From NCBI RefSeq assembly GCF_964204645.1, contig NC_134030.1, positions 9,947,222 to 10,011,221 of the forward strand: a stretch of DNA of 64,000 nucleotides, written 5' to 3'. This document shows, one piece after another, positions 1 to 13,181 of this stretch (position 1 is its first letter; the number at the start of each line of letters is the position of its first letter). The notes under the pieces are model-generated. The model did not search any database. It saw only the letters and a program-made list of their open reading frames with translations, and had not been told where the DNA came from. The stretch is from Tubulanus polymorphus (lineage: Eukaryota; Animalia; Nemertea). Position numbers and translations under genes: made by a program.

Positions 1-3000
1 AAAATGAGGATCATGGAGGTGGATATAAACAGGATCAGGGCAATTCAAACCTTTCAAAACAGATCTTAAATGATTTTTAAATTCCCTTGGACAATCCCAT
101 GCTAGTGTATCAGCATAACACAGTTTGTTACTTTTTGGGTAAAAAACTGCTAGTGCATAATGATTGGCAACAACATGTCCATAAGAATTTAGAAATACGA
201 AATCGTTTTGGGTGCCAACATGCAGGAAAAAAATTAGTTTATCACAACTTATGAGTGGATTAGGACCGAATCTTTTATATAAATTTGAAACATATTTCTT
301 AGCATCAAATGTAAGTGGCATCATAAATGCATGAATATTACAGTACTGTTCATTTATCATAGATGCAAAAGCATTTAACACAGATCCTTCAAACCATTTT
401 TGATTAGTCATCGTCTGAAGTTCTGATACAGATACGCTATTATTATTACCAACTGGAAATTGTTGAGAGGGTTTTAAGGAAAAGAGCATATTTGAAAATG
501 CTTGAATCTGTTCCCAATCGACTGAATCAGTGGGGCTTAAAGGCTTACTATTTACCCAAAGATTCATGGCAAAAAGATCTTGTTGTTTGGTTTTAGCATA
601 ATGTAAGAAAAGAAACCTATTAATCTGATCAATAGAATAGCAGCCTGTATCGAGTCTCACATGGATATTAATGGAAGGGTCACGGACAATCCTTGACTGC
701 ATCTGTGCTTTTATGTCCTCCAACTGATTTTTGTGGGGCATAGTGGGGGCATCATCAGCCAAATGACATGAATTAGACATGTCACAAATTCTGAATGACG
801 TGACCTTTGATGGCATAACAGGAGGAATTTTCAAAAACTGATAGTCATTGAGGCACATTTCTGTTGGATTGTAACTAAAATTTCTTCTACATACATGTTC
901 ATCATCAGAATCATTCTCATCACTATCATCAATTATGATTGGTTCGATACCTCCACCACCTGTGATACTTAGCTGTTTTTTGTTTTCCATCCAGCTATCT
1001 TCCTGCATCTTTAATCTTTCTATCCTTTCTTTCGAACTATCTTCCTGCATCTTTTCTGCTTCCTCTATCGTTCCTTCCGAGAAATTGTCACAAGCCGCGT
1101 CCTTTCCTTCTTCCTCCATTGTCCGCCTGAAATACACATTATCAACTCACTTTTTTTAGACATATGAATAGATAGAGTATGAAATTACCCATATAGGCCT
1201 AACATAAAACATGGGTATCTCTGAGTCATTTGCATTAAGTCATTTAGATTTGTAGGTACTAAATTAATTGAATTATGTTGTACTTACATTTCAGTATGGT
1301 TTAAACTAACATGGTCTAGAAGATCTTTCCAATTGGTGAATTCAACTCCGCAAAAACATGTCGAGTCAGCAGGATCCGTCTGTGGATGAATAACCTAATG
1401 TGGAAGAGCACATTAATCTGTTTTTGCTTCAACATCTAAGCAAAAATAACAAAAATGAACCCGCATCTCGCAGAAAGGGCATCAAACTTACATGTTCCAC
1501 TGACTTCCTTTTTCTGTTAAATCTTTTAGTATTGTGACAACTTCTATTGTAGCATCCCTGAATATGAAAACAAAGCTTTACAGCATAAATCATACCAATA
1601 CCAATGAATTTCTATAATTTCATTTCGAGAAACATATTACTCACGTTCTTAGTCTGATAAAAAGGAGTAAATAATTGAGGCTTTAAACAAATAGCAACAC
1701 CAGCCACATCAATTTTAGTCATGTACTGGAAAAAAAAGACAGATTTGTGCATGCACAGCCTTTAGGTAATTGTGAAATAAAAGTGACCAAACTAATATTA
1801 AATCATAAGTTCTTGAGATGATATGTACCTGGTCGAATGTGAAAAAGGCTCTTTGATCTTCACAACAGAATTGTTTCCTTGTATGATGCGCAACGTCAAA
1901 ACTGCTATACTGGATTGAAGGATACAAAAAACTGTTAAAATATATCTAACTTTATAAAGATAAATCACGTACAAATCACTTAGGAAAACAACTTTACCAC
2001 TATTGTTGAATCATCCCATGCTCTTGCTTGATCATCCTTCAATTTGTTTTTTGCTATCAGCTATCAATATGATTCATTAATTCAATGCAAGGATTTTGAA
2101 TAAAGTGGTTTCGTATTCAAGTTATAAAAACTAATTGCAAATCATTCATTTTCTAGGATATCAATGCTAAATGATTACCTTTCGTCGATGGACTGCTCTA
2201 CTTCTTTGCATCTTTTCAATCTCATATGGAAAGTATTGAGGGCACCTGATTAAGAATCATTCATTATTTCCAGTACAATCATAAAATTTATGTAGTTTGC
2301 ATACCTGGTAATTGGATAAAATAATGCAATTCTACGTACATTTCATCTTCATTTTTCAATAGCAGTAGTTCCATTATCCTGTTATTTATGAACTGATTTC
2401 CCTTACGGCTGGGGTGTAACAAGTCAGTCCTAGATCACAAAATTTAGAAAAAAACAAGTTAGTTTAAATCGCGAAAAAATGCACATAACCTACTGGGCTT
2501 ATTAAAATTAAACGATTACTTACGGTGAAAGGAGATCTCTTGAGAAGTGAAAATCAACGAACTTTACACCAAGTGTAAAGCATTCGCGGTGCAGCATTTC
2601 ATTGTAATGAAATATTTTTGTGTCAGCATCGAAACTTTAAAAAAGAAAGAAATTTAAAAATCATTACATCGATCATAAATATAGTACTTCAAGAAAAATC
2701 TATTCTTGATACTTACTCATCACATCGAGGAAAAAGAGCTGGTACAATGATGGTCCCAGTACATTTATAGAGCAACAATCGAATTAATTCAACGTGTCTT
2801 CGCAGAACAATCTCAAGCGGGACATCACGCGTCATATTATTTGTTCCAACATGGACGATTAGTTGTTCCACATTCAGCATCTTCACCTTTTTCAATTCTG
2901 TAATATACAACTAATCAGTAACCCAATGAAAATGAACAATATAAATCAGTACTGAACCGAGAAATTACCTTCCATCAATGTTTCAATGGTTCCTCCGGGG

Positions 3001-3083
3001 CACACGATCCTTGTCCATTCAAATAAGCCTACACCATCTAGCCCAGCATACTTTAAAATGCTGTCTGCTACGAGACCAATACG
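1..3083 (-). CDS. Spliced SGNH hydrolase / C2H2-like finger / Ulp1 (peptidase C48)-like multidomain protein; 3' end beyond window, start codon unresolved; probable transposon-borne gene
   Basis: Phase-compatible GT-AG exons (minus): 3083-2969, 2897-2717, 2634-2524, 2429-2340, 2245-2179, 2060-1998, 1909-1829, 1725-1645, 1557-1492, 1394-1288, 1126-1 (>=696 codons, open). SGNH blocks LVADS / PGG / HVGTNN / DLLHPSRKG. Finger CFCGVEFTNWKDLLDHVSLNH. C48-like motifs ELQTMTNQKWFEGSVLNAF, NHYALAV and YADTL. Confidence 0.8.
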
Positions 3084-4719
3084 CTACAAAAAAGATTATT
3101 TGTCAGTCTCAGGCCAATATCACAGGGAGGTGTGAGAGAGCACACTGGTTACTGTAAGACCCTACTACATGCAAAAGAAGTGACACATATATGTATATCA
3201 ATGTGATAGAATTGATTGAAAAAATTGTGCATAATAGTAGCTAGTGCCCAAAAATAGAACACAGTGTTATTGAAGTGAAAATTTCTAAAATCCTCTGAAG
3301 CGGTGCTTATTTGGTAGCTACATGGGTATTCTAATTGAATAAGCATAAAGATAAGCGTGCACACACAGTAGCCTATGCATAAACAAGGGCCAGTTTCACC
3401 TTCACCTAAAAGTCCTGCAGTGTGAAGACTAACTTGTTCACCTAAACCACCTCTACCAGGCTGTGGAAGGCCTAACATCAGGCACTAAATTAAAAGATTC
3501 CTCTAAATCAAATTATCTATAAACATCCTCTTAATTGCAGGCAGACTGATTCAGGGAGGGGTGCAGCCCAAAATAGGGCATACATATCAGTATCATATAT
3601 AATTAAAAATCAAAAGGGCACCAGATCATCAGAAAACATAATACCTATATTTTGGAAGTAGGCCTACAGAGAACATGTTTTGGAATATAAGCTTTTTAAA
3701 AATACTTGTTGATATTTTTAATTTTTCCTTTAAATTTCATTGCGACTTAAAAGTTTTAAGGGGTGTACACCCCTGTATACTCTCCTGATCTGCCCCTGAA
3801 TTGCCACTTAACAAAATTTCTCAGCTTAATTGTTGGCTAACTAGCTCAGTGAAACTGGGACCAGACCTAATGCATACACCCTCAGTGGCCAGGGCCAGGA
3901 TTAAACAGTTAGGCTACGTATATAAATAAAGGAATGAAAAGTACTTATCCTGAAATTGGTTAGGCTATCTATCTGCAACAAGAAATACATTTTCATTGAC
4001 TCTGAATACAGGGAACTACCATTCTTCTGTTTCGAGGCCTTAAAATTTATTGTTTATTTTTTGTTGCTGGATTTGGAATGGTTGTTGGAATATTTAAGGC
4101 CTAGTAGGTGGTGACTGTGTACGGGCAACATAGGCCTATACCCAGTGGCATGGCAATGGCATGCCACTGGGTACCCACTACTGCACTATAGTATACTGCC
4201 TACGGCTACTGCGACTGGTGGTTCGGTTGGCAGAAATTACTTGTTAACATGGGGGGGGGGGGGAGGGGGGAAGTAAGCGTGGATGAAGACAAATTAATTT
4301 AGCCGAGTAAGTAGCAAGCAAGTAAAGTAGTGGCAGTACAGTAGGCCTAGCGACAATGTGAGTGTGGTGGTAACGTGGCCGTGGTGGCAATAACAAGACT
4401 CCAAAACTGGCAAAAGCCAAAATTAAAAAGCCCTGCCGCCGCGCGGTCGCGACGCCTCGCCTGCACCACCGTGTACGATCCTCGCGGCGTTCACCAGTGT
4501 TACCCAGTGAGTTTTTTATAATCTTGCAATCTACCTCTTTTTTCAAACCAATATTCCCACCAACTGGTCCGGAGACAAGCTTAACACGTTCGGAAAACAT
4601 GATTCACAATCTTTTAATCAACAGCCAGCAAGAATACACTTGACAGAAAATTCAAATTCAGCGGTTAACCGTTAAAAGTGAGTTGTTTAGCTGTGGGAGT
4701 AACAAAAAGGCGATCTTGA

Positions 4720-4779
4720 TGACGTCACTAGCCATCGACCAAAACAGGCTTTCAACCTTTTGCAGTTTAAAGATGGCGG
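4720..4779 (+). promoter_or_regulatory. STT3B proximal promoter/5'UTR motifs: CRE (TGACGTCA) and YY1-like AAGATGGCGG over the start codon
   Basis: TGACGTCA at 4720-4727; AAGATGGCGG at 4770-4779. Motif match only. Confidence 0.4.
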
Positions 4780-5854
4780 ACACCGGGAAACACGATATAC
4801 GGGGCGCCCTGGCTAATCCCGGTGGTTGGACGAGTCTGTTGACGTTTTTTATCTTGTGCCTGGCGTGGTTGGGTGGATTTTGTTCTAGGCTATTCGCCGT
4901 TATCAGATTCGAGAGCATTATCCATGAGTTCGATCCTTGGTAAGCGATTTTAAACGCCAAATCATCGTCGCGTCGGTTCCTGCTAATTCATTTCCACGCC
5001 ACCAGGGGGAAGCACAACGAACATGTTTTCTGCGGGTAATTCGCTATGAGAGCCTATCATCAACGTGGGGTTGATACCATAACTAGCCACAGTCAGTGCA
5101 GCAGGCAGGCACTTTCGCAGAAGTCACTGAATGAAGAATATGCTGCCAAGTCCAAATTAAATTTCTCTCATCTCTGTCCCTCCTTCTTTCTCTTGGCTTT
5201 TCCCGAGTTATGTCACGGGTGTTTGTTGATGGTTTGGATTTTGTGGTTGATAATCTTGTGAGAATGGCACTAGATATACTGATTCTTAACAGCCTATAAA
5301 CAATTTCAACGCAACATATTTCTGTGATGTTTTGAATTTATTTCCAGTTTATGTTTTGCGCCATTCCATGCCCATCAACAAACACTGGCTTGAAGCTGTC
5401 AATGTCCGTCAATGCTTGAACCAATACCGGGCTTGGGTCTAGAATACAGCTCCTGGTGTTATTGATAATTTATGTATTTGTGGTCGGCAATAAGATAGCC
5501 AAAGAAGAGAAATGCCAAATGCTACTCGTTTAGGCTTTCAAGAACAGTGGTCACGATCATTAAACCTCTCTTGAACCTTTCTTTAATCCTGATGAAAACT
5601 ACACCAAAGACATAAGATAATAGCGATAACGACTGAACTGAGTTCGGATGTCATTACATACTTAATAGGCCTACCTGTTTTTTGACCAATCAGTGGTCCA
5701 AAAATTAGGCAGATTAAACATGTTGGACCAGATGCTCAGAAGTTTGTCCAAGATATTACCACAAATTGTTTTATATTCTTGTATTCCGATGGTATTTTGA
5801 TGATTTCACAATTTCATGAATTACTATCGGCAGATACATGTTACATGTGTCTGC

Positions 5855-5897
<43 letters not shown>

Positions 5898-8800
5898 TTA
5901 GTGATGATTTAAGTTCATTGTGACTATGGTACATGATGCACCATAGTAAAAATTAACTTAAATCATCACTATGTCTACTATCGACTGGTAAACTTTTGAG
6001 CTACTTGTCTTTGTTAGCCATATTAATACTTTATATTCAGTCTAGATCGAATTCTCCACGGATTTCTCTATTCGACAGGTTTAACTACCGCGCTACGCAT
6101 TTCATGGTCGAAAAAGGTTTCTATAATTTCCTCAATTGGTTCGACGAAAGAGCGTGGTATCCCCTGGGTCGTATCGTTGGCGGAACTGTAAGTATATTAT
6201 CCCTTTCGTTGTAATGTTTAATCCTTTCGCTGCAAGCGGGGTTGAATCATGGTGTGGCAGGGTGGGGTCCCCGGGTTGAAAGATTAAAGCAATTCGAATA
6301 CGAGAAAACCATTTACTTTTGATTGGGTCTAATTTGTTATGATGTTTCCTTGATGAAAATAGCTAGAAATACTATTTCCGATCTCCCACTGTCATGAAAC
6401 TGCAGCCGCATTACACACAATGAGCCCATGGCTGACCCTGAATCCTTGTCTGGTTATTCTAAAAAGATTTGATCGGTGATCGCCACTGAGCCACAATTGG
6501 TCAACAAGGCTCGATCGAGCCTGATACAACTTAAATTACTCCTAGCCCTTTTATTAACTATGTTCGGAAGTTATGAAGTAGAATAGCTTTAGATGCCCAT
6601 CTGGCGGTAATACGTAGTGTCGAAGTAATCAGTTGATATTGATCGTCGATCTCGTCTCTGTTTCCAGGTCTACCCGGGTTTGATGTTAACGTCTGGTTCC
6701 ATTCATTGGATTTTAAACATTCTCAACATACAAGTTCATATCCGTGATATATGCGTGTTCCTCGCCCCCATCTTCAGGTATGTGTAAATTGTATTATAAA
6801 TAACCATGATGGAAAACCATTCTAGTATGATCTTGAATCTTTCACTTACGTATACCGTACTGTTAAAGGGATCAGTTGAATTGGTTCTTTGGTTTCCGTG
6901 AGACCCTTATCCCATATTGTCGGTCTGTGTGTCTGTCTTTCAGCTCTACTTAGGTAGCTGTGTAAATTATTACAGTGGGTTGATCTTGATGAAACTTGGG
7001 TTCAGAGTTTGCATCGGGGTCTTATTGCGCGGTGCAAAGAATGGGTGCTGTGTGCCACTTGGCAGCAGAACTAGGCACTAAAAACTCTTTTGCGACAAGG
7101 CCTTGTAGATGATCACCTAACTGAGGAACTGGTTCGAAATGTAAAAATTAAGCTTGGCAAATTAAGCTATTGGCCCTAGATGCAACTTATCCAAAATGCG
7201 ATGGGAACTAACGCATGGGAATTTTGGAGTTCCAGAGTCAAGCCTGATCGCAAGAACCGTTGTCGCCTGTGGCTTGTCTTTCACTTCAATGGATGGTACT
7301 GTCTGTCAAACCCGCTTAATCGAGATTAGTTTGATCCGGATTTCAATCTAATCAGGATATCACACGCCTAGCCTATACGTGAATATGTGTGAGATAAGAT
7401 TTAAGTCCGGATTTCTGAAAAAAGCAGACTAATTTCCTCGGTTCGGAAATAATCCGGATTAAGCGACTTGGTTAGATGTCTAGGTTGTACATTTTGATGC
7501 CAGGTTCGCTATCTTCTGGGACTGTCAATAGGCCTAGCCTGATGAAGTGACGATAATGGAGATAATTATTAGAGTATTTTGAGTGCCAATATCTACGTCA
7601 GTGCGTGTGCGTTCGGCAATGTCAGTTTTATTACGTATCTCTTGACTATGTAATCGGTCATCTCTCCCTGGGGTGACGCATCATTGATGTTACTACCCCT
7701 AGCGTGTGGAATTGTCATGAATGCTGAATGCTTGAAACGCTCGGCTGGTTAGGCCGCTCACGAAACTTACTGTTTCCTGGTTCATGATAATAATAATTTC
7801 ATTTTGTCATATATGGACATTATGTATCTAAATTTTTCATACACACTTATACTACATCATTACACGGATGTATGGAAAGCCATCATCGGCTGTGGATCCA
7901 AGGAGGGAACCATACACCCCGCAATAGAACAAAACAAAGAAATTAATTGCGTTGATAAAAAAATTGAAAAATGATTGAATGATGGTTATATTCATTTTAC
8001 GCCAAAGTAAAGAATAGCAGTAGACAAACTTGAGACACGTAATCGTAAAGCCTAACCCATTAGCACTCAAGCCGCCCGAATCCGCCCGGCATTTTTTTCG
8101 TATGCTGCACGAAAACGGTTATAGTGGGATTCGAACCTAATAGCTTATGATTAACTATACACCTAAGTCCTCAAATACCAAACAGAAATGAACATCCTCC
8201 TATTTCAATTTCTCGAGTATTTCGAGTTTGAACATGACACATCACTTCAAATGTAATTAAGTTTGGATGAATTTTGGGGGCCAAAAGGACACGAATTTGG
8301 TGGCCCACCTCATCAAATATTACATCATATGAAAGCCTTGACTGTTTACTACAAAATAACACTAACTTGTAATGCATGGAAATAAACAGCAAATGAACTA
8401 TCCCATTAGCACTCAGGAATTGCACTGTAGTGTCAATTACTCCTTAGAAAATTCAAGGTAAAAATCTAAGTTCATCACCACGACTATGGCGATTACAGAG
8501 TTAACCCATTAGCACTCAGGAATTGCACTATGTAGTGTCAATTACTCCTTAGAAAATTCAAGGTAAAATCTAAGTTCATCACCGCGACTATGGCGATTAC
8601 AGAGCTATTTGGTTTCGTGATGAACTTAGATTTTACCTTGAATTTTCTAAGGGGTAATTGACACTACATAGTGCAATTCCTGAGTGCTAATGGGTTAACT
8701 CTGTAATCGCCATAGTCGCGGTGTTGCGACATTTGCTACGCTGATATCCGCACGCCCGCTGACTTTCGAGCGGTTTATGTCGGCGCGAAAAAGTTCCTCG

Positions 8801-11800
8801 CGCCAGTTCGAACAGATCGGCAGCTAGCGGCCTACTCCTGACTGAGCAAACGTAAACGTTTCTCTTCAAGTTCTGTCTGTATCTGCGAAAATTGAAACTG
8901 TATATTCGCAGCAGCAATTTCATGATAGGGAAACTGAAGAAAAAGTTCTCCATTTTACATTCTTCATGTCTGCGACTTCTTCTTAGACGCCTTTGCTCTT
9001 GTCGAAGGGAGGGAGCTATAGCTTGTCAGAGAACCCCCACCAGGGGGGTGGGCTGCGGCTGATTTATAAGAAAAATGTCTTGTGGGGGAGGGTGTTTTAG
9101 ACGTTCAGTTGCGATGCATAAAGGGTTAAAGATGATACAATAAGTAGGTAGCGATTTTGTGTATGATAAATCGTGGTGAATTGTTATAAGTGGCTCGGTT
9201 GTATCGATCAGAAATTGTTCCGATTCAGCTGTCGTGTTCAAACGCCGAGGTATTGAACATTTATTCACCAAGCGTTTTAGGTACTTAGTTTTGCTGGCGG
9301 CTTTGTGCATCCTGTCCCTACCTCTGATTTGATACCTACAGGCATGCATGGATTGCCTCAACCCCCTACAGACGTAACATCGGTACATTATCACCATTCT
9401 TCAAATTTTTTACCGTCTGGACTTCAACTCAGTGTTCAGGACCAGTAGCTCATAAATGAATCACTAACTTGAAAGTCATTTTTTATCTCCAATCTTTCAA
9501 AGTGGATCACCAAGACTTTGTACTATGTCTGAACGGCGCCAGAGCGATACCAACACCGTGCTTAGAAGGCGCGCTAACTGTCGCAAAAAATAGTGACAAT
9601 CAGGTTATCAAGCCGCATGTTATCATCAGTTCTAACTGAGAGTGAAATAATGCAAGATGAGCACGGTTTTGAGAAAATCTGTGTAAAAAATTTCAGTATT
9701 TTTTTACGCCGTGAAAACCGTTACAATAATGTTTGTATACATCGATACCTAGCATGCCTAGGGGTTCTGTGCGAGTCGATGTGCACTAAGTCATCAATAC
9801 TGGCGTTTCAAAATGAGAATTACAAACGTGAGTTTTGGCTTTCATTTTGTAATCAAATATATTTCATGACTCTTATTCTTATTTTTGATAAATCTCGAAA
9901 ACTATTTTTGAAAGGCTGTGCATTACGTCATCTGCAATGTGTCGAATATATTTCATGACTTTTTCATGACTTGATTTTCTATTCGTAGATTTTTCATGTT
10001 GTTTTTCTTTTTTGGGCGATCTATTATTGAGAGGATGCACGGTACTCCGTCAATATATATCTGGGCTAACTATTGATTCTATGATTATTCATATCATATT
10101 ACTAATTACTGACGATATTAAGTAATATATATCACGTGTTATTTTTCAAGGCGTCATAATTTTTCAAGTTCGTTGTTGTCACGTTTCTAAATTTGTTTTT
10201 AGCCTCATAAATGCCAGCTGCGCGAGCTGCGAAAGGGTTTCATGAATATAAAACGGTCCACGATACAATATTCTCCATATTTCACCTACGTGACAAACAC
10301 TTGTGTGAAAATCTCGAGCAAGAGTTTTTTGAGTGCTGTGCGATCGTGACGTGGCAGTGTTTCATAACATACTAATGCGACAGCGTTGTTATCAGCTGCT
10401 GAACGAAACTGTGATAATTTAACACGCGCAAAACCTGTGGCTAGGATTTGTTCTCTTTCTTCCTAAATATAAAGCTATTTTCGATGTGAAGATAAACACG
10501 TGTCACCCGAGGCTAGATATTCCCGCTGTTTTCTTTCCATTATTGTCTCTATATCGTATGATCACGATGGAAATGAAAGTATACTATGTATGGCCTATAG
10601 TATACTATACTAGAAAGCTGCATTCGGGCGATAGCAGGGGCGGATCCAGGAGTTTGGAATGGGGGGCGGGAGGCATCGGGCGTGAGCACCGCCGGTGCGA
10701 ATCCCCGAGGGGGTCAAGTGGTCCTACCCCAGAAAATTTTGAAATGTAGGATGCCGTATGCAATTTCCAGGCATCAGAAAACAAAATCTGCACCTGTTGT
10801 CTTCTTCAAAACCTATATCTCAGTGAAAATAAGGGGGGGCGTACGTCGCTTCCGGAACAACTATTCACACGGGTGCCAACTTATTCTAGAAGTGATTCAC
10901 TTCGCTTTGTCTCAGCATTGTTTATTTACTTTCGGAGTGGATGAAGTACAAGAACGCGCTCTCTAATCAGGTGCGGGCCAAATTTGATTCGGGCCTGATC
11001 CGTGCCGATTTGGCCCGGGCCAAATCATCTCTGTACGATAGCGGCTATAGAATGAACATCACTGGAGATTTCCTTCTGTCACTCTTTCAGTATGTGTCGC
11101 CACCTAGGTGCAGGACGAAATTTCCAGTGACGTTGGGTGATGATGTCGCTCGTGATTTCGAATTTAGTACATTAATTTCCCTGATAGATGAATTTCCATA
11201 ATTCTTAAATCTTAAGACTAGTCTGAAGTTATTAGATTGGCTTTAGAACTAAGTTGTTGCTTAGTAGCATGACAGGGCAACTGGCGCCTGAAGTTTATTG
11301 AACTGTAATGTGGTTCCACTGTATAACTTCATAGCCTGAGTCCGATAAGCTCCCGCCAGTGCTGCCATCTTCAATTGTGGATCGCACGACAACAAACATT
11401 GCTCATATTGAGATCCGTGCTGCCACGCTGTGGTCAAAATATGAACTAAGTTATCGTGAGATGTGTTGTCATCGGTATGTTGAAAAGAGGATTGCTCCAA
11501 TAATAATCAAATCATTTCTCCGTCTATAATATCTGGTTCAAATCCCGGCGATGAATTTTTCGATTTCGATCCCATTGGGTCACATGTGGAAGGCAGAAAA
11601 CCCGTTATCTATTGCTGCTTTGCAGCTATATTCATTGTAATGTGGTTCCACTGGAACTTGGAAATCTGATAACTTTCTCGTCCTCCCAACTGATACGATG
11701 AACTGCTGTACACGTATCAGTTTAGATGGAACATATTTTCTGGCCTTCTGAAGTTCATTATAACATGAGGTTCCACACACGGTAGTAAATACACTTGAGA

Positions 11801-12883
11801 GTTTGCTCATCAATCTGGAGTTAACTGTCAACAAGGTTATTTGTGTGAGACAAACACTCCCGGTCGAAGCATTCAGTTCCTGTTTATCATTATTTTAAAA
11901 ATTACAGCCAAGTTCGAGTCCGTTGAAAAGCAGCCCGTCACCTGTGAGAACTCGAGGCAAATGAAGATTTGTGGTGCGGTGATGCCGAGTGGTTTAAACG
12001 TTTGGATCTGGGAAGGATCTGGGAAACCAGGTCGTGGGTTCGAACCTCGTACATTACCATAGTGTCCTCGGGCAAGACACTTAACCTCATTGCCTCTCTC
12101 CACCCAGGAGTAAATGGGTGCGCGGTCTGATAGATGACTCCTAAGTGCTTATAGTAGCTGCTACTGGTTGGAACTGGTTCGCGAAATTACTCACGTTTGA
12201 GCATTGTTTAGTATCAAGTGAGTGGTTTACGTGTGAGCGCGTTCTCTTATTATATCTAATAAGCCACGGGCCAAATTTGGCTAGAGCCTGATCTGTGTTA
12301 ATTTGGCCCGGGCCAAAATCGTCTCCGTGTGATCGCGGCTGTAGTGTGCCGCTACTATAGGGCATTCTGCCTCGGGGAGGATTCAAACCTGACACTGGCA
12401 TCGAGACTGCCACGGAACGAAACCCTGTCTGACTAGCCCCGGCGTACGCGGTTACACGGGCTGCTTTTAGACGATGTGATTTTGAGTCGAGCGGAGTCTC
12501 TCTACTGTATAACTGTCAGAATTTTAAACCGGAAAGCTATCACCAGCTGCCATTGTTGTGTAATGATATATTAATTACGAAGCTAGTTGGGGGTAAGAAT
12601 TAATTAAGACCTGCATCGTGATCTATCGCGCGAAACATTTCGCAGATTGAATTTAGGAAAAATGACATTTTTCGCGCAGTACGAGTTGAAACGTTATAGC
12701 CGCGATCACACGTAGGTGATATTGCCAGTGACAAAATTGGCACGGATCAGGCTCGAGTCAAAATTGGCACGTGTCTAATGAGAGAGAGCGCGTTCATGCG
12801 TACACCACTCACTCGATACTAAAAATGCATCTGAATCTGTATCACTTCCGGATCCAGTTGCAATTCATACACGCACACGCGCG

Positions 12884-12920
<37 letters not shown>

Positions 12921-13084
12921 TTCCCGTGCTAAAATTCGGCTCGGGCCTAGTCTAACGTTTTTTTTGCGGGGCCCAAATCTGTCCGGGGGTGGGCCAAAAC
13001 TGTTTCCGCGATTGCGGCTCGAGGTTAACCCATCAGACGCCACAACTTCATATATATGTTCCTGAATAAGGAACGATTAATAAG

Positions 13085-13181
<97 letters not shown>

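Noticed and set aside
3149-3478. 109-aa ORF as first exon of the SGNH-Ulp1 gene
   Set aside because: It has no recognisable motif and ends in a stop. A short exon ending ATG|GTAGTT near 4020 is an equally unproven alternative.
11971-12060. Functional tRNA genes (also 23290, 49590-49640, 51940-52000)
   Set aside because: A/B boxes are present but no complete cloverleaf forms, and they continue into SINE or repeat bodies.
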